A DNA stretch of 55,979 nucleotides from contig MEDY01000037.1 of NCBI GenBank assembly GCA_001724265.1, positions 62,001 through 117,979 on the forward strand, read 5' to 3'. This document shows, piece by piece, positions 46,501 to 53,752 of this stretch. The notes beneath the pieces were generated by a model. It was not told where the DNA came from, ran no database searches, and saw only the letters and a list, made by a program, of their open reading frames with translations. This DNA is from Rhizaria sp. SCN 62-66 (lineage: Eukaryota). A program made the translations under genes and the position numbers. The number at the start of each line of letters is the position of its first letter. The stretch's first letter is position 1.

Positions 46501-48075
46501 CAGCGCCGCCTCGCCGGCGCGCCGCGGGCCATCGCGCGCGCGACGCGGGACCGCGCGCAGTTCGTGTCGGCCGAGCCGGGCCAGTGGGGCGTGGCCTACG
46601 CCATGTCGCAGTTCTCCGCGGAGATCGCGCCGCGCGACAGCGACGCGCCCGCGCTGCGCGCGCTGCTGAAGCAGGCCACCAAGCCGCAGACGTTTGACTT
46701 CTTCCGTACGTTCCACCTGGACCCGGCTAACGCGGCGCCCTGGCGCAAGGTCACGCGGCTCTTCGCGCAGATCTACGGCCCCTACGCCTCGCGCTACCCC
46801 ACGTGCGGCAACTGCGAGATCTCCGAGGACGTCAACGGGTTCTACTTCCCGCGTTGCCGCCGGCCGTCCAAGACGCCCTACATTGCCGCCACGTTCCGCA
46901 AGGCGTGGCGCGCGCCGCCCGGCGCGTACCCGGCGTGCGAGGTCACGGTGTCGTCCTACGGGCCCGAGCAGTCGCTGTCGCGCTTCCGCCCCGCGGGCGA
47001 CCTGCCGCAGCCCAGCCAGGTCAAGACGCTGCGCCAGCGCGAGGTGACCGAGCTTAACGAGGTCGCCAGCCACATGCTGTCCTCGCTCGCGGGCGCGCCG
47101 CTTGTGTTCGCCAACCTGGCCGGCTTCACGCCCGCGCCCAGCGCGAAGCTGACGGCGCAGGTCGAGGCCGCCACGCGCGTGCGCCGCCGCATAGACGAGC
47201 GCGAGCGCGCCGCGGCGCTGGCTGCGCTCAAGGCCGAGCCCGAGCCGGAGGTGTTTGACGCCGTGACGGGCGCGCGCGTGACGCCACCTCTGAAGCCCGC
47301 GCCAGAGACGGCCGAGGGCGCTGCGCTGCGGCGCGCCGAGGCCGACGGGTCGGGCACGGTGACAACGCTGCACGCGGCGCCCGGGCTGCGCGGCGCTGCC
47401 GACGCGCTGCTGCAGGCCAAAGTCGTGGGCGACGAGGCGTCCGCGGCGGCGCAGACGGCGGAGCTGGGCGCGCGCGCGAGCGCGGCCGCGATGCCTTTCG
47501 ACGACTTCGACGCCGTGGTGGCGCGCTTCCCCCCCGTACCCGGCGACGAGGCCGAGCTCGCGCGCTACGAGCGCTGGGCGCTGAAGCTGGACCCTTACGA
47601 GCTCCTCAGCGAGATCCGTCTGCGGCCCGCGCCGTCTGCGGCGCCGCACACGCTGGAGCAGGCGTTCCCATTCGCCGAAGTGATCGCGAACCGCGTGTGG
47701 TACCACCCCGTGCTGCAGTTCCGCACCGCGGCAGAGCAGGCACTGCTGACGTCGGTGCTCTCGCGCGACCTGGCTGACCGCTCCGGGTGGCCCGAGGAGG
47801 CGCAGGAGCTCGTCGCCGCCGCGCTGCTGCGCGTCATGGAGGGTGAGCGCGACGGACTTCTGGCCACGGCCGCGGCATACGTGCGCGGCGTGCGCTGGAT
47901 TATGCGCGGCCGCAAGCAGGCGCGCGCCAACGCAAAGGCGCGCGAAGCCGCCGCTGCGGCGGCCGCCGCTGCGCAGCGCGCCAAGGAAGATGCCGCGCTT
48001 CGCAAGTTTGAAGACAAGGCGAAGGAGACGGATGCGCAGCGGGAGCAAGGCGCTGACGGTGATGCCAAGAAGTAA
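43504..48075 (+). CDS. 1,523-aa protein, probably mitochondrion-targeted, with a possible degenerate TraB/TRABD-like domain
   Basis: Long ORF with strong GC3 bias bounded by AT-rich DNA; stop TAA. N-terminus is R/S/L/A-rich and acid-poor, ending RRGFFGIFKRKK. Faint TraB-like motifs occur in the expected order (see findings). The CDS is well supported; the product call is tentative. Confidence 0.8.
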   Translation: MYRGLASKAGSRTSLLSAQRKPVLTATLPERGLRSAPSAASTSASISTPLPLGAPFTVPRRGFFGIFKRKKDQMTSSLRDKAATASAALGVLDAARKPTALPASTSANSGSEFLLSLPPRRRDAFVTQTLRNIPPVRLEQVRDWSLPLPLPGAEPSDLPPHLEYHVVSSGALALAAGPPDLSLVPPVQARFRERAATEAAQHTARRRQLQDPALPEATARSLRAAVASPPPGIFAKDQYDALSVVSQRSVDYFSGTFTNAPPPNFVPLPDEFRGQGPPAHTLYMRHGDVDVFLLPVDPDYLVMGVKDVDALLSWRRPDVVVSQLAPPPRTRPPVDGVAGPVPRPPLMLGNEALPAAAVIPDMYVSPQALTRAEFEAVAGAKLNAHWFAALATEAMGVPGRDALVGRRRAREDPLAELAYAEQRSKLGLEARLKIMRFEADARVAAVAAAAGEAAARAAAGKETFMGQALYEAEFGPWVPPTREAAVAAAEARAREEKAEIEQALERAHKEAEASSRGEGEDENDADGAVKEKHEEDEDDEEMQLLGPPSQYASLLRRKYYLPIAADPLPSQGPASAAAAESSLHSQSPSSPTQSEPKSMRAPRLVLAGRARAVTQSNLSFRYLMEPTERARQNRASARLLPWEQPTGAAYPRYHGSGSSGRTPGSGTAQAVAERFIAAHAPQNAVSTTTNNNRFFSPASVTAELFNTEAPAPDAAAASLAALRGAKEAGVGAQAGTALHECVEVFEPALLLANTLRRAIEELGREPRAPGARKTVVAVVDHPLVDHVRWAFDVVPALSTADLSYLSEGYAAAFFALTGRDVSDPHLQASGRAMREVITGLRTAWTPPAAPAGPSGDRSADKAAAAAAARKTELAAALDPSLDPVVRAADEAAAAAEEAAAVAAAAPATPPAKGLRGLLSRLLPGRNNTAAEEAEAAERKSEEKARATARERGMLEATLDPRKFGLPAVSPAAPGTVAHQAPAGDDIEDEVFLAAVVREQQRRLAGAPRAIARATRDRAQFVSAEPGQWGVAYAMSQFSAEIAPRDSDAPALRALLKQATKPQTFDFFRTFHLDPANAAPWRKVTRLFAQIYGPYASRYPTCGNCEISEDVNGFYFPRCRRPSKTPYIAATFRKAWRAPPGAYPACEVTVSSYGPEQSLSRFRPAGDLPQPSQVKTLRQREVTELNEVASHMLSSLAGAPLVFANLAGFTPAPSAKLTAQVEAATRVRRRIDERERAAALAALKAEPEPEVFDAVTGARVTPPLKPAPETAEGAALRRAEADGSGTVTTLHAAPGLRGAADALLQAKVVGDEASAAAQTAELGARASAAAMPFDDFDAVVARFPPVPGDEAELARYERWALKLDPYELLSEIRLRPAPSAAPHTLEQAFPFAEVIANRVWYHPVLQFRTAAEQALLTSVLSRDLADRSGWPEEAQELVAAALLRVMEGERDGLLATAAAYVRGVRWIMRGRKQARANAKAREAAAAAAAAAQRAKEDAALRKFEDKAKETDAQREQGADGDAKK

Positions 48076-48871
48076 AGTTGCACTCGCGACATTGCAGGAC
48101 ACAGACGTCATAATCTAGTCATAGGCTTATTTATTAACACAATAAATATATTGTGGGGTAGTTTTGATGAATTTCACAACCACATAAAATTTCTGCTTTA
48201 CTCGAAATAACTTTTCAAATCAAAGTGGCTTTGACACAAGTCACCGTCGTCGCATATCTTCCATTCTTGGGAAGCGTTTTTGATGATTACAATGTTCAAT
48301 GACGCTGTCGAGCGTTCGCTGCAAAAGCAGGCGACTCTGGGCGGATGAGGAGCAGTTGGTGCTGCTGGGAATAGCCGCGAAAACAGCACTCGCACAAGTA
48401 TTAGCACGCGTATCAGTGTGAGTGTTCATGCTTTTCTCATGTTGTTTTTATTTCTCCGCTCCGTGGGATAAAGTCACTCTGCAAAGTATCGATGCCCTTA
48501 TAGGCAACCTTGGTGATAGATGCTTTCTTCCTCACGTGTCAACGTACTTCGGTCAGATGCTTCGGTAAGAGCACCATGCGCAAAAGCTGCAAAACTTGAT
48601 GTGACAGTGCCTTGCGTGCTACGATCAGTGAGAGTCATAATTTAGTCAAACGCTTATTTATTAACTTTTAGTACACAATAAAATATCATAACATCTTATA
48701 CAAGTTGAATTCTATCTTGATATGATAATAGTACGTGTTTCCCAAATGATGTACATGTACATGTAATTTCACTTAAGGCCGTTTTGAAAGTAGGCCTGAC
48801 AAAGCCAAAGACCGTGATGCAATGTTGTGATTCTGATTCACACTGCTGTAACTTGGGTCCTGAAACCTCCT

Positions 48872-51800
48872 TCACACGTTGGCGGCGCGCCGGCTGCTGC
48901 GGCGCGCGCTGGTGCCGGCGCCGGCCCCGGCAGTGAGCAGCTCCGCGGAGGTGGACTCGCCGTCGTCGCCGTCGTCGTCATCACTGCTGCCCGCGGCGAC
49001 CCCCGTGTCGCGCGGCCACTTGGGCAGCGACTTGCCGACCCCAGGACTCGGCAGCGCGGCGGCAGCGGCCGACGGCAGCGGCGGGCGCCAGTCCGAGAGC
49101 GGTAGGTCGTCGAAGTTGCTCACGCGCGCCCAGAAGAGCCAGAGCATGACCAGCCCCAGCGCGGCGAAGAGCGCTGTCTCGACCAGGTACCCGTCGAGCA
49201 GCACCTCGCACGCGCCGCCCGCGGCCGCGCACGCCGCGCGCCCAGCCTCGGCGTGCGCGGCGTCGGCGCCGTGCAGCCCCGCGCCGCACTGCGCGTAAAG
49301 CCCCACGCTGCGCGCGGCGCCTGCGTGCGCGGAGATGTGCGCGCCGACCGTGGCGCCGCCCGCGGCCGCCGCGCGCAGCCAAGCGGGCATGACGGACAGC
49401 GCGCTCGCCACCACGGCGCCGTACGCGTCCGCGGCCCAACCGCCCGCAATGTCGCTCGCAGCGGCACCGGCACTCGAAGCAGCAGCGCCAGCAACACCAG
49501 CAGCAGCAGCGGCGCCAGCATCAACGGCTGTGTCGGCAGCGGTAGCAGCGGCAGCGGTGGTAGAGGCAGCAGTCGCGGCAGCGGCAGCGGCGGTGGAAAA
49601 AGCGGAAACTGCAGGGACGCTGCAGTGTGCAACCGTGAGCGGCTTGACGAGAGCAAGCGCGGCGGCGCGCGTCCAGGCCGCGGAAAGGTTGCCCGCGGTG
49701 TTGAGCATGGTCATGAACGTGCCACCGATGGACCGGTCGGCAACGCGCGCGAAAAGCCCCATGCCGCAGAGCATCTGGATCGAGACAGTGGTTGATTGCA
49801 CGACAGTGAGCAGCAGCAGCGCGGGGTAAACCCACCAGACGTCGCCCACGCTCGCGTCCGCGCCGGCCGCGGCCGTGGCGGCGGGGATGGCAACAGTGAG
49901 CGCCGCAGCGAAGAAACACAGCACGATGCGCGCGGGGATGGCCCAGAGCGTGACGCGCCACGCGCGGCGGCTGGCGGCAAGGCCGGCGGCGAGCACGGGG
50001 ACCAGGATGCCCACGGGCGCGGCCGCGGCCGAGACGGCGGCGATGGTGGTCTTGCTGACACCGCCCTCGAGCAGCTTGAGCGACGCCACCGACTCGCCGG
50101 GCGCGGAGCCGGTGCGTGAGACGAGGATGAGGAACAAGACCGTCAGCCGCACCACGGGCACGCGGAACGACGCCGCCAGCGCCGAGACAGTCTCGCTCAC
50201 CGTGCTGGGCATCTCGGCATCGTCTTCGTGCGCGTCTTCCTCGGCGAAGGCGTCGGCGCCCTCGTCGTCGGTGAGTCCCTCGGCGACTGTGATGGCGCGC
50301 GCGGCAGCGGCGTCGCCGGCCCTGCGCGCGGCGGTGCGGCGCGCGGCGGCGGCGTCGAGCGGGTGCACATCCCACTCCCGTTGGTAGAGCGCCACGGCCA
50401 CGGTCACGCACGCGTACGCGAGCCCCGTGAAGCGGAAGAAGGTCGGCAGCGTCACCATGCCGCCCGCGCCCGCGCCGACGCCCGCGAGCCAGGGCGCGAG
50501 CCCCAGCGCGTCGCCCAGCACGGCCGTCACGGCGCGGGCCGCGGCGGCAAAGAGCGGGCGTACCCAGCCATCGCAAGCCTCGGCTGAGGCGAGCACCATG
50601 TAGCCGACGTGCGTGGCGTGCGCGCCGAGCGTCTGTCCCACGGCGTTGACCGACGCGGCGAGCGGCGTGTTGCGGCGCCGCAGCAGCGTGAGCGCCCAGC
50701 CGTCGACCGCGATGTCCTGCGTCGCCATCAGTGTGTACAGAAACAGGAAGTAGATCGTCAGCGCGCCCACGTTGACCGCCGCGGCGCCCTCGGCGGCGGC
50801 GTCCAGGGCGGTCCCCACAGCCGCAGCGCCGTGGCCGCCCAGCCAGTGGTCGACGTCAGCGGCCCAGAAGAGCATCGCGGCGCCGCACAGCAGCTGCACG
50901 GGTACGACCCACGTCTTGCGGCGGCCCACCGCGGGCGCGTAGAGCGCGTCGACCAGCGGCGCCCACAGCAGCTTGAACGAAAACGGCAGCGACACGAGCG
51001 AGAAGATGGCCTGCGCGGCGTAGTCGCCGCCCGCGGGGCCCGCCGCGCCCGCCGCCGTGGCCGCCGCGGTGCGCTCCTGCAGGATCAGCGGAATCGTCAT
51101 CGAGAGCCCCATGGGGACGCCCTGGAGAGTGTAGAGCAGCAGAAGCACCAGCACGTTGCTCCAGTCGCCGCGCAGGGACTGGAACAACGACCGCGTCCGT
51201 TTCGGCTTATCGGCGCCCGCAGAGGCGATGACGGATCCGGACTCGTCGTCGTCGTCGTCAGTGCTACCGGCGGAGGCGGCGTGCGCGCGCGCGGCGGACC
51301 GGCGGGCGCGGGCCGCGCTCTTGTCGCCCCTGCCACTGGCGCTGGCGCCGCGGGGCAGCAGCGGCACGTCACCAGCAGGAGACGTCGCGCCCGCATCAGA
51401 GCCGGCGGTGTGTTTAGAGAAGAGCTCGCGCACGGCGGCGGTGGCGCGCGCGGCGGCGGCGCCCACCGAGGCCAGCAGACCGCCGCTGCTTCCCGAGGCA
51501 GCAGCGGCGGCGGATGCGGACGAAGATGAAGACAGCATCGCAGTGTCGTTGTCGCTGTTCGCAAGCGTAGTTGCGTGCTTTGAGGACCGGGAGCGCGTGG
51601 TACGCGTAACGCCAGCGGTACTCGCGGCACTAACCGCGGCGGTCTGGCGCGTGCGCGAGTGCGCGGGCGACGCGAAGCCCGAGCGCGAGGACCCGTCGGC
51701 TCTCTGGAACGCGGTGCGGCGGTGCAGCGGCGGAAGTCTCGCACCAGCGGCAGCGGCGGGGAGCGGTGACTGGACGGCGTAGAGAGCGCGCGCGCTGATG

Positions 51801-52456
51801 GACGGCGGCGAGAGCGGGTACGCGGGCGCGGCGACGGCGGCGCTCGCGGCGGCCGAAGACGGCGAAAGGAGCGCGCGCGACAACCCGGCGCGCTGCTGCA
51901 CCTGTGCCTGAGTCGGGGAGCGGGCGGGCGAGCGCGAGGTCGAGCGCGAGCGCGAGCGCGAGCGGGAGCGGGACGGTGAGTTGCTGACTGGGCGTGCGCG
52001 CGAGCGGCCCGAAGCAGCGGAGGCTGAAGCGGGAGCCGGGGCGCGGGCGCGCGAGCGAGCGCGGGCGGGAGACTTGCTGGCCTGGCGTGACTGCTGGCGT
52101 GACTGCTGGCGGGACGCGGGGCCGGCCTTGGCCGCGGCGCGGGTGCGGCGGGCGCGGAGGGGACTGGCGGTCTTGGCCTCTGTCCCGCTATCGCTGGCGC
52201 TGTCGTTGGACGCGCTGTCCTCGTCCTCGGAGTCGGAGTCGGGAACCTGGAGCGGCGCGGGCGCGGCGGCGTGGCTGGCGCGGCTGCGCGCGTTGCTGCG
52301 CTGGTTCAGGCGAGGCGGCGGGAGCGGCGAAGGGAGCTTGTGGTGACGGGAGTCAGCCGCGGAGGAGGGTGACGCTCGCGAAGGGGTTGACGGGGTGGCG
52401 TCGGCGGAGGGGGAGATCAAAGTGCGGCGCCGGGGAGTAGCAACCACCGTGGACAT
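48872..52456 (-). CDS. SLC33A1: Acetyl-CoA transporter AT-1 (MFS, AmpG/SLC33 family), 1,194 aa with a long S/R/A-rich N-terminal extension
   Basis: DWSNVLVLLLLYTLQGVPMGL; QAIFSLVSLPFSFKLLWAPLVDALY..GRRKTWVVPVQ; MATQDIAVDGWALTLL; FARVADRSIGGTFMTMLNTAGNL; CEVLLDGYLVE. First in-frame ATG 52456; stop TGA. Confidence 0.95.
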   Translation of the reverse strand: MSTVVATPRRRTLISPSADATPSTPSRASPSSAADSRHHKLPSPLPPPRLNQRSNARSRASHAAAPAPLQVPDSDSEDEDSASNDSASDSGTEAKTASPLRARRTRAAAKAGPASRQQSRQQSRQASKSPARARSRARAPAPASASAASGRSRARPVSNSPSRSRSRSRSRSTSRSPARSPTQAQVQQRAGLSRALLSPSSAAASAAVAAPAYPLSPPSISARALYAVQSPLPAAAAGARLPPLHRRTAFQRADGSSRSGFASPAHSRTRQTAAVSAASTAGVTRTTRSRSSKHATTLANSDNDTAMLSSSSSASAAAAASGSSGGLLASVGAAAARATAAVRELFSKHTAGSDAGATSPAGDVPLLPRGASASGRGDKSAARARRSAARAHAASAGSTDDDDDESGSVIASAGADKPKRTRSLFQSLRGDWSNVLVLLLLYTLQGVPMGLSMTIPLILQERTAAATAAGAAGPAGGDYAAQAIFSLVSLPFSFKLLWAPLVDALYAPAVGRRKTWVVPVQLLCGAAMLFWAADVDHWLGGHGAAAVGTALDAAAEGAAAVNVGALTIYFLFLYTLMATQDIAVDGWALTLLRRRNTPLAASVNAVGQTLGAHATHVGYMVLASAEACDGWVRPLFAAAARAVTAVLGDALGLAPWLAGVGAGAGGMVTLPTFFRFTGLAYACVTVAVALYQREWDVHPLDAAAARRTAARRAGDAAAARAITVAEGLTDDEGADAFAEEDAHEDDAEMPSTVSETVSALAASFRVPVVRLTVLFLILVSRTGSAPGESVASLKLLEGGVSKTTIAAVSAAAAPVGILVPVLAAGLAASRRAWRVTLWAIPARIVLCFFAAALTVAIPAATAAAGADASVGDVWWVYPALLLLTVVQSTTVSIQMLCGMGLFARVADRSIGGTFMTMLNTAGNLSAAWTRAAALALVKPLTVAHCSVPAVSAFSTAAAAAATAASTTAAAATAADTAVDAGAAAAAGVAGAAASSAGAAASDIAGGWAADAYGAVVASALSVMPAWLRAAAAGGATVGAHISAHAGAARSVGLYAQCGAGLHGADAAHAEAGRAACAAAGGACEVLLDGYLVETALFAALGLVMLWLFWARVSNFDDLPLSDWRPPLPSAAAAALPSPGVGKSLPKWPRDTGVAAGSSDDDDGDDGESTSAELLTAGAGAGTSARRSSRRAANV

Positions 52457-53752
52457 TGGGTCACCGGGTTGAGCGGTGGACAAACACGATTGCGTGCGCA
52501 GGTCAGCAAGGAGCAAGTCAGTCGGCCGATTGGAGAACTTAGGGCGACAACGAGGACTGTTACAAGAGGAGGTCTGTGGGGATGAGTAAAGCAATGTTCA
52601 AAAGAAAGATTAGATGAAATACGTTCTAAATCTACGAATATAGTGTTATCAGAAGGTGCGTTTCTTTGCTGCATCGATGATACACCGATACTTTACAGAC
52701 TGTGTTCTTGGTCGTCATCGTCGAGGCTCGAATCCTCCTTGACTTGCACAACAGACAGGATATCACTAGTGAAATGAGCACCCCAAGAAGTACACAAACA
52801 GATTTATACAAGGCAACACAAAATATATGCTGTTGCGTGTGATTTTCTTCCTTATGATGATACCTCGCTGAGCTTGCTCACATCGACATGATCCTCGCAC
52901 GAGCGCTCTCGAAAGCCGCGAAGCAACGGCCTATCTTTCAAATTAGGATATTGACATATGAACACATAATTAGAGAATACATCGACTAAATTTGGGTTTC
53001 AAAGCGCGCTTTGAGTATTATTGTTTTTTTTAATGACTATTAACAGTGATTTAATCTCAACAGTTGCAATGGTCGCGTGACTTAAGGGAGGCGGGCAACG
53101 CTTGCAAAACAACTCGCGATGATACTCGCCAAGGAACATTACTCGGCTTAATCACACTTCTCAAGCAACAGACGGGGTGGCTAAAAGCTTAGTGATAACA
53201 TGTTTATTTATGATATTGATCGGACGCTGGGACGACGTTTAAGACGGGATATTCCACCCTTTTTTGCCTGTATTGGCTGACGTGGCAGGCCTTAGAAGAG
53301 GGTTTCTGATGACTACAAAAGGCCGAAGGCAATTAAATCTACTTATGTTGAATTGCATACCACAAAGAATTAAGTAGTCAAGATTTAAGTTTAATAAACA
53401 GTCATTGTCACTCTGTACTGTTAAAAGTCAGGTCCCACCATGTCGGTCACCACAAACGACTTTTTGGTCTCTCGATGGTTACTGTAGCACACCGACGCAA
53501 TCCATATCAGGACCATTTTGTGTTTTGTGCGACTCAGAGAGAGGATCGAATTTGCGAAAAACAGAATGACAACGCGTATGTGTATGTGTAATTTTCTCAA
53601 AATCCCGTCCTCACTTCCGAAATAACGCTCTATACCGGGCCGACTGGTGCCACTCCTCTATGTATCTCGTGCCCTCCTTAGGTTTTCTTTCGCATCGCTT
53701 GTAGCACCGTCGAGAGCAATTTGGGTTAAAAGTATCTTTCTGAAGGTTTGCT

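Noticed and set aside
43459-48111. 547-aa and 618-aa minus-strand ORFs
   Set aside because: Antisense to the 1,523-aa gene, caused by its strong GC3 bias.
48749-48765. (TACATG)n palindromic mini-repeat between convergent genes
   Set aside because: Single short occurrence with no support for a function.
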